The notes beneath the pieces were generated by a model, which had not been told where the DNA came from, did no database searches, and worked only from the letters and a program-made list of their open reading frames with translations. Shown piece after piece: positions 46,801-60,997 of a stretch of DNA of 64,000 bases. The position numbers were made by a program, and so were the translations under genes. Source of the stretch: Coniocarpon cinnabarinum (taxonomy: Eukaryota); NCBI GenBank assembly GCA_051942205.1, contig JAVECO010000129.1, positions 1 through 64,000 of the forward strand. The letters are read 5' to 3'. The stretch's first letter is position 1; each line of letters starts with the position of its first letter.

Positions 46801-49800
46801 GTGTGTTCGTCGAAAGGATTCTGTTTTTCCTCTATTGGCTCTGCCATCTCTTCGTCATCAGGAGAACGGCTTGTGTCTTCAGAATCAGTTCCAGGCATCT
46901 CTTCGATTCGGTTCAGCATTGCTTCAACACGCTCTGGAATGTCTTCCATTGGCTCAGTTGATTCTTCGATGGGTTCTGTCGTTTCTTGAACTGCAGAAGG
47001 CGGTATCTTCGTCGTGGAATCATTCACAGGCGTGTCTGTGTCATCAAAAGGATTTTGTTTCTCCTTCACGGGCTCTGACATCTCCTGAATAGTAATTTGC
47101 GGCATGGAGGAGCCATAGATTGGTGTATCTTCGAAGATTTCTGGGTTATCATCAAAAGCTCCTGGCATTCCTTGGTTACGAGGCGTGGGTGTTTCTGCAG
47201 CAGGATCCAACGCATCATCATCGGGTGTCTCTGGCGTGTCTTCAATTCGTTTCAGCATGTCTTCGACCCGTTCTGGGATGTTATCGATAGTCTCTGTCGC
47301 TTCCTCACTTAGCTGTCTGCGGCCAGGACTGAACAAAGCGGGCAAATCGTTGTCAGGGCTTCTGTGTGCGACAGGTACGTCCGATTGTTCGAGCGCTGGT
47401 ACGTCGCCTGCGGCAAGTGCCGTCTGTGCATGTTTAAACTCATCCGAATGCTGGCCTTGATCAGAATGAAGAGAAGTTCTATTTTGGCCTGCTAGTTGCA
47501 GCTGTGGTCGCTGAGTAGACTCCGAAGCTGCCTCTTGAGGCTCTTCATAATCTGTCTCGGCTCGCGACGTCGAGTTTCCGGCCTCATCTTCTTGTTCCTG
47601 GGGATTACTGTTCCAACGCTCATATGGTAAACGTGATTCTTGCGAGGATTCCTGCGGGCCGCCTTCCAAATCTTGGCTCCCTGCATCGTGAGCGGCTGTC
47701 GATTCGCCACGATCAAGACTTCGCGCTAGTCGACTAGAGTCCTGTTCAGGCGAATGAAGTTCTTGAGGGAATTCATCTCTTATGGCTGTTGGAGGAGGCT
47801 TGCTTGTATCATTTGTGGCTCGCCGTGAAAGTCCTCGATCTGCTGGGACTGTCGGCTGCGACGCCTCAGCGCGTTTTCCCGGGGCTTGAGTTTCGAGCTG
47901 AGCTTGGTGGTCGACTCCCTCTGCGTTCTGCTCCATGTCATGTACGTCCCGAGTATCGAATGTCTTGGGAGATGCTTGCGCGGGAGCTGCTTTTCCCTCG
48001 ATCGAATATGCCTTCTCTTCGCTGCCAGTACTTGCGGCGAAAGCAGTTTCATACTGGGCCTGTTTTCCCTTTGACTTGCGCGCTTTCTTCTCCCGCTTGA
48101 GATCTGCTTTGGATCTGGGAATGTCAGGCCAACTCGGATCAGTCTCATCGACGCCACCAGAGTACGCATTGCCAGGATCTTCAGTTTCCTGGTCTACCGT
48201 TGTTCTCGAGGCGGAATCGATGTCCTTTGCCGAGCTTTCAGCAGCAGCGTCTTTGACGGGTTCCCCGATAGGTTTTTCAGGCTCCTCCGCATCGAGATCC
48301 AGTGGTTTAGACTTTGCTTTGCGCGCCTTCTTCTCGCGCTTCCGCTCGGCTTTGGATTTGGGGAGCGCTGCTACTGATGCTTGCTCAACGGATGTTCCAA
48401 CCTCCTCATCGACCTTTGGGAGAGCATCCGGGACCGGGGCTTCGGAATGCTTTTCGGGCAGTTCTTCAAGAAATTCAGCCTCTGGCTCCTGCGCTTGTCT
48501 GTCCGAATCTTTCTGATCGAATGCCGAAGTATCATCCTCAGTGATGTCATTTGGAGTCTTCTCATTTGACTCTACCTCTCCAGACTTCGACTTGCGCGCT
48601 TTCTTCTCTCGTTTGAGCTCCGCTTTGGATTTTGGTTTGTCAATCCATGACGTAGCCTCATTGGCGGTCTCCAGTCGTTGTTCGTCGGCCTCCTCTAAAG
48701 ATGAATGGAGGTCTTGTTCCGGAGCCGTATTTGAAACCTGATCGGTAGCGATCGAAAGTCCCTCATTGTCCAGGTTTGGTGCAGTATCTTGAACATTCTC
48801 TTGAGACTCATCGACCTTTGCTTCGGGCACTACGTCGTCTTTTGTCGGAGGTTCCCCAACCGTCTGTAACTGTTTCCCCTTTGATTTGCGAGCCTTTTTC
48901 TCTCGCTTGCGATCCGCTTTTGACTTCACTGCGATATTTGATACGGAATCTTCCTCGTCCCCCTGTGCATTCTCATCTTCGGCTTTCTGACTCGGTTCTA
49001 TGATGTTCGTCAAAGCACCGCCGGAGTCTTGGAACGGAATGCCGGTTTTGCTGCCCGCTAAAGGCTCGTTGTGAGCGACTTGCGTAATCTCCTCTGAGGC
49101 TTCCGGGCCTCCCCGTTCAACGCTCAAAAGGGCTCCGCCTTCGAGATTCTCCGAAGGCTCTCCAGGGACGATCTCTTCAACATTCTTAGACCGCTGCTTG
49201 CGAGCTTTTTTGTCCTTCTTGCGCTCGGCGGCGGATTTGGGGAGCTGGAACAATTCTGAAGGCTCGTCATCTACACCAGAAGTATCTTTGTCTAATCTTG
49301 GGCTTATCTCGATGTCACCTTTGGTGTCTCGCTCAAATTCCTTGCCGGGAGTTTGGTTCTCATTGTCAAGCACATTCCCATTGATAATGTTACCTGAGGA
49401 TTGGTCGATATCTCTCTGTAAGGAGTTTTCACGATTTTCGAAAGCATTGTTCGAGGACTCTTGAGGAGCCTCCTCAGTCACACTCTCTCCCTGTCCAGAT
49501 TTCTTTTTCCGGGCTTTCTTTTCTCGCTTGCGTTCGGCTTTGGACTTCGGCTGAGTGTATGACTCTAGATCTTCTTCCGCGACCTTTTCGGTAATTTCAT
49601 CGAGCTGTCTAAGAGCCTCTTCGTCAATCTGGTCTGGAACCTCATCATCATTGATTTCAGAAAGTCGGGCGTCCGTGCTCTCGGATAAGATATTTTCAGG
49701 AACCACATTGAGTCCCCTGTCTAAAGAAGCTTGAGTGTCTTCAGAGACTTTGCCAAGAGCTTGTGGTTCTGTGGCCTCAGATACGGTAATTTCTGGAGCT

Positions 49801-52800
49801 GCACCAGCATCGCTGCCCAGATTGCTCTCAGGATAATTCTCAGGAACTTCGTTAACGCCTTGGAGCCAGGCGGTTTCGGTGGTCTTTGTGGTCTGTGGAG
49901 TCTGCGGAGTTTCAGTCAAGACGCTTCGTGGAGCTGGCTCATCATTTCGCTCCAGACTTTTCTGAGAATGATCCTTGAGTGTTTCCGCGGTGGCTCCGGC
50001 CTCTGCGGTCTCAATATGGGCAATTTGAGGAGCTGCTTCAACGTTCACATCGAGGATTTTATGGATATCATCTGCGCCGTCTTCCTGGGTCACTCGCGGA
50101 CCTTCAAACTCAGGTACAGCCAGTTGCGGAGCTGTCACAACATTCGTATCTGGATCTTCCTCAAAATCACCCTCATGAACTTCCTCAAGACCTTGGGTCT
50201 CTGCAAGCTCAGATGTGTCGGCCTGTGGAGCTGCCTTGGCAGTACTGCTTAGGCCTTTCTCGAAACCACCCTCAGGGTGTTCCACAAGATTCTCGGGCTT
50301 CACAGACTCAGATGCGACGGTCTGTGGAGCCGCCTCAACATCCCGGTCCCGAATCTGCTGAGAATCAACCTGTACAGGCTCCTCGTCTTGAGTTTGTGCA
50401 ACCTGCAACTCATGGCTTCGTGGAACTGACACAACATGTCTGTCCAGATCCTCCTCGAATTCGCCCTTGGGCGCTTGCTCGAGAGCTTGACACTTCATGG
50501 TTTCCGTAATGGCGCCTCCGGGAACTGGGTCGATAATGTCTTCCGCGAGTTTCTCATCATCGCCTCCAGTTGCTGCCTCGGAGAATGTATCTGGTCTCTG
50601 AGACTTTCGAGCCTTTTTCTCACGCTTGCGATCCGCTTTCGATTTGTATTGGAATGGAAATACAGGACTCTCTTCAAGATCGCCATTCTCAGATTTGACA
50701 TCCACGTTTTTCGAAAGGTTCTCTGGCGCTTCCTGAGCAATTTCCTCCTGAGGAGGCTGCTCAATGGCGCCATCTTGCTGGCGCGACTTAGATTTGCGAG
50801 CTTTTTTCTCACGCTTCCGGTCCGCCTTTGATTTGGGGCCATTAATAAATGGCACTTCCTCGACAATGACCTCACGATCTCCCTCAAAAATCTCCTCATC
50901 AATCGCTTTTGAAGATGGACTGGCAATCTTTTCTGGAGACATCTTGAGAGCACTCTCGCCAGACGCTTCTGCAAATACATTGGTCGAAGTGTTTTCCAAT
51001 GAAGCTTGTGTTGAGTTCGCAAGTTCATTTCCTACGACCGCTTGACCGTTGTCCTGCGAGTAGTCCTGTATGTCGCGTTTTCCAAGCTTGTTGGCAGTGC
51101 CTGCAGCAGCTTCTCGGAAATCCGTCCGTGCGGCTTGCTCACTGCTCGGCTCGGCGACTCCTTCGACGAAGCTGTTTGAGCTTTCTGGACGAACTTGCTT
51201 TTCATGTAAGTCTGCCGTGTTAACGTCGTTTGTTTGCTCGTGCAAAGCGGCCTCCGGCTCGTTTTGATCTACTTTAGCTGTTTTGTCTTGAGGCACATGT
51301 CCAGGAGCTTCTTCAATAAATTTCTCAGCAACGACTTCATCTGGCGTGGCGGCCATCATTTCTTCCTGTGTCGCATGAGGAACAGTCTTTGGAGAAGCTT
51401 CGCTATCAGCATCGCTGGCCGTGGAACCCTCAAAGACATACGCGGAAGCATTTTCAAGTGAGTAATTCTCGAGACTCTTTACTGGAAGTTCTCCATCAGG
51501 CGTTTTCAGTTGAAAGGCCTCAGGTCCTTCTGCAGACGAGCTCCCTTCAGGTGTGCCAGTAAGAACTTCATGGAAAAGATGATCTCTGCGAGAAGTCTGA
51601 GAAGTCAAGTTGTCGCTATTTGCGAGGTGACTAGCCGGGTTTTGAGAAAGTTCCTCAACATCCTCGATGTAGGCCGTACCCGCTGTCAGATCATCATCCT
51701 CGCTCGCAAACCAGTTGCTGTGACCTTCCTCTGCTAAGCTAAGCCTACGATCTTGGAAGGCATCTTCCGTCACGTTCTTTCCAGCATCGTTGCGCTCAAG
51801 CTTTTCGCTTTGCGCAAGTGGGAAATCGACTCGTTCTCGAAGAGACAGTTTATCTTGAAGCTGAAGAGCCGCGGCTGCGCCGGTCATTGCGGCAGCTCCT
51901 GCAATTATGGTTCCCATACTGGTCGCAGAACCTGACTGACCATGTTTCGACACCATCTCAATTCGATCTTGGGTCTCGCCCAGGACCCCTTCCTCCATTG
52001 ATCGCATTTGGTCATCTGCACGTGCAGATTCGAAGAAATCTGCCTGATTTGAGGGTTCAACAGGAGACGCAGTGGTGGCTCGCGGGGTAGTCTGCCCTGA
52101 GCCAAGATAGTCGTGCTCGAAGCCACCTGTGTCGGCATGAGACACTGCAGGCACAAAATAGTCTGATTGGACAGACGGTGGTATGTCTGGTGATTCCAAT
52201 GCGGATTCATAAGCATCCTTGTCTGACATTGAGTGAATAGATGGAGCACGAGAGTCACTATTGCTTGAAGGAAGCGACGGTAACATTTCTTGAGGCTCTA
52301 GAGTCTTACTATTCCGCTCTACCAGATACAGTGGACGATATTCGCCTGAGATTGGCCGGGAAGACGGACGAGGACGGTTTGTTGAGGTAGGTGATACAGT
52401 CCTATTTTCAGTGGGCGTCTGTGCATCGAAATGCCGAGGAAATGAAGGTGAGTCTGGGGGTTTCTTAAATCGAAGAGGTATGGCCGTTTTCGAAGGCGTT
52501 CGGGGGAGTTGAGGAGTTTGCGGAGCGCTGGACGAGCCAACACTCATCCATGACTGTCGTTTAGAAGATTCATCAGGACTGGACCGATCTTGATCCGTTT
52601 CAGGGCTTGTGCCGAAATTTGGTAAATCGGCTGGTTCAAAGGGACCTACACCATCACCAAAACTGTTAATATCACGGTTGGAAGACCTGGGTGTGCCAAC
52701 TGGTTGCTGCATTTGGTGATGATCCTCTGGGAATTCGACATTGTGTATGCGCAAGCCAGTCGGAGAATCACCAGTCTCTTGAACATTGGTAGATGGGTAG

Positions 52801-55800
52801 CTTTGCGGCAAGTGGGCATCCTGAGAGTGATCCCTCGTTAGGATTTCACTGCCTCGTAGCCCACTCTCAGCTAGATCTTGCTCGGCAAGGGGGCTGCGTT
52901 CACGTTCTTGTACCTCTCGTTGGTTCTCTTGGTCTTGTCCATTGGCATTCGAGTGCGAATCGTCCGGTAAGGTTCGCATAGTTCGCATAGTGTCATCCTG
53001 CTCCTTTTGTAAGTCAAATGTGTTCTCTAAGGAATTCTCGCCCCACCAACGGTGTGAGAGATTCACCTTGTCTACCAAATATTGGGAGCCCGTACCTGAG
53101 TCGTCTTGGAGGAAATCTTCGTGCCTCGAAGCACTAGTACCTCGAAAGCTTGCGGTTCGATCATCGTCACCTTCACCTATTGGCTCGTCCCACGAACTTC
53201 TTTGCGCCTTCTTTTTCTGCTTCTTGCGCTCTTTTTTAGAAAGACCCTGTGAGACGGGTAACTCGTCGACAGGTCCGGATTCGTCCTTGTTTGCAACGTC
53301 CGATATATTCTTGTAGGTACTGGAAAATGATTGAGGTGTCTCATCGAGACTGAAGCCTGCGAAGCCTCTCTGTTCCCGCTGATGCTGCTGCGAAGGCTCA
53401 GCGTCGTCGTCATCGAACGTGACAGATCGCGACTTCTGTTTTTTCTTTTCCTTCTTCGATTTCTTTGACGTAGGCATGGCCCATTCCTCATCTACAGGAT
53501 CAGAGCGGGCTTCAGGAACTGGTTCATCCCTGTTAATATCTTGAGGCCTGTTGTCACTCTCAAAGCCTGCGTGTTGATTTTCCTCCTGCTTGGCTGGTGT
53601 TGGCAGATCTGTGCCCATGCTGTCATCGTCAAAAGCCGCATACTGATTCTTCTGCTTCTTAGCCTTCTTTGATTTTTTCGACGTCGACATGTCCCATTGG
53701 TCTTCCACAGGTTCAGGACGAGACAAGGGCGCGGACGCTTCTCTGCTAGCGTAAGAGAGCTGTTGAGACGCATCATTTTGGATAGACTCGACCTGGGCTG
53801 GCTGGCTCGGTTTATCGACGTCATCAAATGTTAGTGATGCCGGCTTTTGCTTCTTACCTTTCTTCGACTTTTTGGAACCAGGCAAGTCCCACGAGTCGAC
53901 AGTGGTATCCGAACGTGGTCCAAAGCCAGACTCGGCTTCGTCAAACGCAGAAGACCTTCCGTCGAAAGCAGAACCTGTTTCGACCTCGTCTTCTGGTTCA
54001 CGCTGAGCAGGTTGTTCCGCCTCCCAAGGCTCTTCAAACGTGACCGTGCGTGACTGCTGCTTCTTACCTTTCTTAGACTTCTTAGTAGAGACGGGCGTAC
54101 TCCATTCCTCGTTCGCATGCACAGCGGAAGGTTTGTCAGCATCGCCGCTTCCTGCCGACACAGCAATTTCGTTACTAGCACTGGCATCTTCAAGATCGAT
54201 ATTGCTCCTACCATCTTCAGCTCGCTGGCTTTCACTGTCCTCGACCAATGGCTCGTACACCTTGTCTTCAGCCTCCCAAGAAACTCGCTTGTCTTGCTTC
54301 TTGGATCGCTTTGAATTCTTAGAATATTTATCAGATGTGCTCCATTCGTCAGTAGCAGCAGAAGCAGGTCCGGGCTGACGATCTTCCCGCTTCTCATCTG
54401 CGTGTGGGCTTTCTATCTTATCATACCGTAGGCTCGTATCAAACGTCTCGAAGGCTCCAGGCATAGATGGACCTGGGACTTCTACGCCATTACTCCCAGT
54501 GCGCGAAGTCTTAGACGCAGTACCCGCCGTGTCACCTACGTTTTGCGAGGCTTCGTAATCATCAGCAGGTCTTGAGCTAGCCCCCACACGTTTACTTTCG
54601 TCTTCAAGCTCGCGCAGGTCATTCGACGTTGCTTGATCATCTTGTCTCTTCGATTCAGATTTCTCTGAGTTTTGTTCTGCATCGGAAGAACGCAGACTAC
54701 CGCCAATGGCCATAGCTAAGCTTGCCCAGCGGGATTGATTCTTCGAAGGTGGAACACCCCTCCCGTTGGCCACTGTTTCCGAGGCGGGAGGATGCTCATT
54801 GAGGTCGCCTTTCTGGCCATGAGCTGCCACATCGTCACGAAGTTTTGGCTGGGTATCCGCGTTCTCTAGCTTTGATTGAGCGTCAGGGGCACGTGAGATT
54901 TCTGCGTTGTTATATTGAGCCTGATCTGCGAGGCTGGCGCCCTGTGAATGACGAAGCTCTCGAGCAATTGGTCTGTCGTCGTGGCTGTCCGTGGCCTCTA
55001 TTCTGGCATCATCTTGTTCACGTACATCTCTGCGCTCATTCCAAGTTGTTGCAGAGACTGCTTCTGGTTCTTGGAAGGTTTCTTGGGATTTCACATTGGG
55101 AAATGAGCCTTCAGAATGTCTAGAAGAAGGTACAGAAGCAGCATAATCTTCGAAGTCTTCGGACGCTTGCCAGGATTGCGCTCGAGAATCAATTTCTTTC
55201 GATGGTGGGTTGGGACGTCTGTGTAAAGATGTGCGAGACACATTGGATTCGGAATGTTCGTGCGCATTGCGAGACGGCTCTGGAGAGTTATCATCCTGGC
55301 TTTGGGACTCAAACCGTCTTGGAGATGGTAAGGAGGCCCTCTGTGAGGCGCGAGACTCGCTACGAGGCGGCGTAGGAGCTATAACTTGAAGTCGAGGTAC
55401 CATGTGTGACGGTAATGATGGTCTGCCTGTATCTGAGAAGTGTCCAGCGTCGATGTCGTCAGGGTCGGGATTTGATATCTTGCTGTATACATTCTGATCA
55501 TCATCTCGAAGCTCCTTGGGTCTCCAGAAATCCGAAGCAGAAGATGAAGAGCCCTGGGTGTATTTGTCTCGCCAATCGTGGAGGACCTCAGCAGTCTCTT
55601 TATCATTGCGAGCATTTTCTCTAGCTTGTCTCCTCTTCTTGAAAAAGTCGGGCTGGAATTTCTCGTGGTCCTTATCTTCGTCGTCGCTGGAATCATGTGC
55701 TGTAGCAGGTCTGCGAACTTGAAAGCTAGAACTTGACTGCAAAGCGAATGTCGGAGAAGGGGGGCTTCCTCTCCGTGGTGCTTGTGAAACGTCATCGTTG

Positions 55801-58800
55801 TGATAGGTCTTAGACTCTGCTTCGTAACCTGGAAGTTTGGGGAACGGTGTAACGGCTTCTGCTACTCGAGACGTTTGTGGCTGCTCGGGAATCTGCGCTG
55901 TGTGTGATTGGGTAGGCGCAGCTTCCACATGATGATCATAATCACTACGTTTGACGTCCTTCCGACGTACAGAACCAAGGTCCCCTTGCTCTTGATGCCT
56001 TTCGCTCATGGCAGCACCCATTAGCGAGGTGGCGGCCGTTGCAGCGACAGCAGCTGCGGCAACTTTGCCGGCTGAGGATGACCTTTCTACATCATTGTAG
56101 CCTGCAGGGCGCTCTTGGGAGTCTCTAGGCGCGGCAGCTTGTTCTTCTTCATCCTCGGAGGTCGATCGAGGTGAAGGAAGAGGACTTTTGCGAATCGTTT
56201 TCCGGGGCTCTGTCTGAGACAACTTGGCTTCTTCAGCTGGATGTCGAGGAGGATATTCGGAAGCAGGGCTGCGAGCTTCCCCATCAGTACCACGCACACG
56301 CCGAGGAATGATGGGAGCATCTGCGAAACTGATCCTACGAACAGGTCCGGGGGGAGCTTCACCGCCAACAGAGGGTATTTGGGCTGGTTGGCGAGGCTGC
56401 GGCTGCTTCAAAGGGACTTCTTCAGTTTTGGAGCGTATGATAGGTTTCGGCGACGGGATGGCAGACTGATCAATACCAGGCACTTGATTTGTCGTGGCCG
56501 CATCCATCAGAGGTTCTTGAACTTGTAGAGGTTCAGAGGAAGCCCTTCGAAGTGTGGACTGCAAAGGTCTCTCTATTGGAGGTTGAACTTGCGTAAAGGG
56601 GTCGACCTGTGATGGTTCACGCTGCGACGGGATGCGCCCCTGCGATGGGTCCCAGCGCCAATTCCACTGCTCAGTAGCTCGATCAGAATGCGGTGAGGAG
56701 AGGGACTTTGTACTGGAATGCGCATGCGAGTGCTCAGCACCAAAAGCCAAGTCGGAGCTATCACTATTCTCCCCTTCAGATGCGGATTCCCAGCCATCTT
56801 CTTCCTGTATAGCACTGGGACGGGAATGATGACCAGGTGGCGGAGCCAGTCCATGGTGGTTTGTTCGTTTGCTACTTCTTACAGCGTTTCGATCTTTGCC
56901 AGCCTCGTGAGCAGCCAGAGCAGCGGCGGCCGTGCCAAGTCCTGCCAAAGCGATCTTTGCTCGCTCGTCGGAGGACCTACGCGGACGATCACTGTGCTTG
57001 AACCTTCGTTCACGTTGCTCTTTTTGTGATCGAGAGGGCACGTGATCCCTGTTTCCTTCAGAGCTTGAACTAGAATGACTTCGATAGACCCTTGTCTTGC
57101 GTTTTCGATGAGACTTCTTCGGCGTTCCAAACATTCGATCGAAGAAACCTGCATTGTCGCTAGTAGCAGATGATGAAGACGGAGACGAGGGCGATGAGTT
57201 CCGTCCCCTCCGACGCTCCGTCTCGATGGAGTGCAAATATGGCGCCTCATGTCGGTTGCCGGGTGCAGGCCCTGGACGATGTCTACCATATTCGAATGTC
57301 TCTCTGATTGACGCATCTGGAGCAAGTCGAGTATCCGCTTGTGAATCGCGGTGCTTGACGCGTGCGTCTCGGTCGTTTCGAGGAGAAGAGCCTGCTGCTA
57401 CTCCACCTGTTGCGAGCAATGCCACGTCGCGTTCTGACCGCCCGAGCGACAAACTAGAATCTCCAGGAATGGAGCTGACCTGCTCTGATTGCGATCGACG
57501 GACGCGGGGGATAGAAGAGGCACCTGCCACAGCTTGCATTTGCTCGCGCGACCGCCGTCGAGCCAGGCCCTCAGAAGCGTGTCTTCGTCTTCGCTTTGCT
57601 CCGTCGGAGCTAGACTCGGAGTCGCTTCCTGCGCCGAAAAACTTCGCGACGCCATAAGCTCCTAATCCAGCACCTAGCCAGCTCGCGTTGCGCTTGTTGT
57701 GGCGATGCGAAGGCTCCTTGAGCTGGCTTTGGTATCGACGCTGCTTGTCAACGCGTATGTTCTCAAAAGATTCCCTAGAACGCATTTTCCGGGGATGATG
57801 TGTGCGTGGTGCCTGCCTGGAAGAGGAATTACGGTCAAAGCAATATTTGCAGATGCCGATATATTCAGTGTAATCCTCCATCTTGCGGACATCCTCGTAG
57901 TCGTTCCACCAAGCAATAAAGCTACTGAAGGCTCCTTTGTTGCCTTCCTCGATAGCGTATTGTTCATGGTCATAAGTCGAGTGGTTGTTGGGTAGCGGTG
58001 GTCGAGATGGAGCATATAAATGTTGTGGAACAGGTGCTGCGGAGCTTTCCGGTGGCCTCGCATCAGACTGTGAGGTGGAGTTGAAGTGCGTGCTCGACTG
58101 GGATATATGAGACTGGCTCAAAAGAGCCGAACCAGCTGTCGCTGCGGCGGCAGCTCCCACAAGACCACTCGACGAATACTTCTTTGGAGGCTTGCTTGGT
58201 CGACTTGGCCTGCTAGGTGCTGGGGAAGTAGCTGGACTGATTCTAGGGGAGATGACTTGCAAGGGTTGACCGCCGACGGAGGACGAAGCTGGGTAATCAG
58301 CGGTAGAAGAGTTGAAGAATTCGGCGGCAGCACCGTGGCCTGTCTCTTCAGGCGGGGCTTCTTCAGCAGAAGCAGCTACGAGATGGGGTTCTGCTCCAAT
58401 TACGATGGGTGTGCCTGGTCGTACGCCCGGTTGGTAGCCTACCGATTCACCTTGATCTCCGTAGTAGTCTGCAGCTTCGCCATGAGGATTTGAAGCCGAC
58501 TGATAGGGTTTGACTTCATGCGTTAGGCCTTGGTTCGAAGGTCGATTTGATTGTTCCGGCTGCAGCTGCGACCAATGTGACTGAGATGCATCCTGACTGG
58601 GTGCATCATGAAGAGGCGGCTGTGAAGCATTTGCTAGTTGCGCCTCTTCATCATCCTCAAGGGCGCGCCTGGCGACTCTTCTTCGCCCGCTAACAGCGCG
58701 CGCTTGAGAGACCGTATCTTGATCAAATGTGGTTTGCGCTGAGCGCTCTGGTGTTCTCCTCTTCAAGTTACGATCGTTGGCATTTGTAGCTTCATTGGCG

Positions 58801-59105
58801 AAGCTCCGGTTGGCCGAAGGCTTTTCGCTGGACCGCAAATCCTCGCTTTCTCTCCGCGACAATTTCGAGGGCAACGAACGCCTGGAAGCGGTCGATTCTG
58901 GGGGTGAGTATTGTGTTCGGGAGCTGCGCTCCTCTCTCATGCCTCGAGATTGTCGTTTTGAGCGTTCGCGATCTTCGTCTCGTTCTCTTCGGGATGATGA
59001 ACCGCTGATGGTCGATTCGGTCCGTCCCGAAGACCTTGTAGAGTCATCCTTGCGCCGACTAGAACCAGACGCGCTATCGCGCTTGCTATCTTTTCGTCGG
59101 AACAT
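43865..59105 (-). CDS. lah: Giant (~5060 aa) leashin/Lah-like Woronin-body tether ('involucrin repeat protein'); exons 59105-45510 and 45457-43865
   Basis: 4553-aa ORF joined in frame by one short intron to a 528-aa coiled-coil C-terminal domain (DEDYFDTACQQLC...WVLRYSK...VLFPLVVKRG); N-terminal EYIGICKYCF block; disordered acidic middle with Lys-rich repeats. Confidence 0.82.
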
Positions 59106-59791
59106 TTCTCAATATATTCGATGTTCACTCAATCTTAAGAAGCATTGCGCATTGTATGAGGAACTTTTTATTTCTCCTGAGAAGATCGTAGATGGCGCAC
59201 GCAGATGAGCTTTGCAGAGCTACGCGAATTATCAAATCAAGGGTGGAAATGAAGTGGGTATCAGTCGTAATACGTCGTAAGGTCGTTATTGATTATATGA
59301 GCGATAAGAGAAAAGCAAGATATACAATGCGATGGATGGACCACCTAGATTATCCGACGTATGAGATGCAAACCGAACGAAGGAAACCAAGCTCGATTCT
59401 TGGAGACGGATAGCCTTGTCATAACTCGACGCTAGTGCTATATAACGTGGCGGGTGCTAAATGGCTTGGCATTTATGCCCAACTGGCAGGGTAGCTGTAT
59501 TTCTGTGTTATTCCGTTCAGGTAAAATCGCTCGCGATATCGACACAGACGACGACGTGAAAGTCGGCAGATTTTGAAATCATGGTATTCTATGCTCACGG
59601 CACTGCTAGCTGTGGGTATCTATGGTAAATGTTCTCGTTAAAAGAAACGCCCTGAAATCGCGAACGGTATAGCATTGGAGCCACCCCAAATTGGAACTAC
59701 GCCTGCGCTATGCTTCCTCAATCCTGGTCAACACATGGACTATGCGCGTCATCAAATTGATTTTGAAGATGCTCGATGTCATCACAAATAA

Positions 59792-60688
59792 TCAGTGAAT
59801 GCCGGCCTGCTGTCGAATGGCCATAAGCTGTGCGCGTACATTTGGCTGCATTGCATCAATCTGTTGCTGGGTCATTGACAAAATCTGACGCATGGCGTCC
59901 TGCTGAGCGTTACTTTGTTGCATCGGAGCAGCGGCCTGAGGAGGGGGATACTGCTGCTGAGGAGGGACGGGCGGCGTTGCTGTGGGCATTTGCTGGAATT
60001 GTGGCTGCTGGACTTGCGGCATTGCTTGCTGAGGCACAGGAGCGGGAGTCATCTGTGGTACCGGTTGCTGTTGCTGCTGTTGTGCCTGCTGCGCCTGAAC
60101 CACAACCTGCGAGAGGACGTTTGTATCCACAAGACCGAGTAGTAAAAGTGACTGGAAGATAGCATATGAGAATTGCGGAGCTTCTGCCAACATGTGTGTG
60201 ACTTGATTAGGGTCTGAATCCACGACGCTTTTCAGCTGGGACAGCATGTCAAGCAACTGCGGGGGCGGCATGGCATTGAGAGTCTTTGAAATGGCGTCTG
60301 GACAAGAGATCCCCGGTGGGAGATTTTCGCCAGGGGGCAGAGAGGGAAAAGCATTTGTTTGCGCACTGGAAGCGCCGTTCGCGCCAGATCCATTACCATT
60401 TTCTGGTCTCTCCTCCTTGCTCGGACCATCGTTTGACCAATCTACCCGCAGGTGTCTCCCCATCGTCTCATAGTTGTTCAGATTACGCACCGCTGATGCG
60501 GCGGCATCATTGTCCGAGAACTCAGCGAAGCCGTACCCACGAGGTCGCCCAGTATCTTTGTCGTACACCAGTCGAAAATTCAACACCTGTCCAGCTTGGC
60601 TTAAGACGTGGATGATCTGCTCTTCAGTGAGGCCATAGGGAATATTTCCCACGAAAACGGTATGCTCTTTGATCTGTGCAGTCACCAT
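59792..60688 (-). CDS. RNA15: Cleavage stimulation factor 64-kDa subunit / Rna15 (RRM, hinge, C-terminal domain)
   Basis: VFVGNIPY, RLVYDKDTGRPRGYGF, hinge DAISKTL...APQFSYAIFQSLLL, C-terminal ILSMTQQQIDAMQP. Confidence 0.92.
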   Translation of the reverse strand: MVTAQIKEHTVFVGNIPYGLTEEQIIHVLSQAGQVLNFRLVYDKDTGRPRGYGFAEFSDNDAAASAVRNLNNYETMGRHLRVDWSNDGPSKEERPENGNGSGANGASSAQTNAFPSLPPGENLPPGISCPDAISKTLNAMPPPQLLDMLSQLKSVVDSDPNQVTHMLAEAPQFSYAIFQSLLLLGLVDTNVLSQVVVQAQQAQQQQQQPVPQMTPAPVPQQAMPQVQQPQFQQMPTATPPVPPQQQYPPPQAAAPMQQSNAQQDAMRQILSMTQQQIDAMQPNVRAQLMAIRQQAGIH

Positions 60689-60997
60689 GGTGTAGTACCT
60701 ACCAAGCGAGTGAATGTATTATCATTAAGACCGTGTTGAATCTTTCGAGCGATAACTTTTGCTCAAGGCCGGTACCGGTAGTTGAGGTTGGAGAGAATGA
60801 TCGTTTTTCGCTCTTTGACAGATGGCTAACACGGACACTAAGAATTACTTCTTTAGGAGATTTGACGCTATAGCGCGTTTAGCTCGCTTGGGGATGTAAG
60901 GCCCAAGGCCTGTGCTCAAGAGGACGACTCCATAAAGCAGACCATCTACACGAGTCGACGTCTGCAAGCACAGCCAAGTCCGGTCTTCGTACCAAAA

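Noticed and set aside
45444..59105. Treating the 4553-aa and 528-aa ORFs as two genes, and the many antisense ORFs as genes
   Set aside because: A canonical 52-nt intron (45509-45458) fuses them in frame; antisense ORFs are shadows of the long CDS
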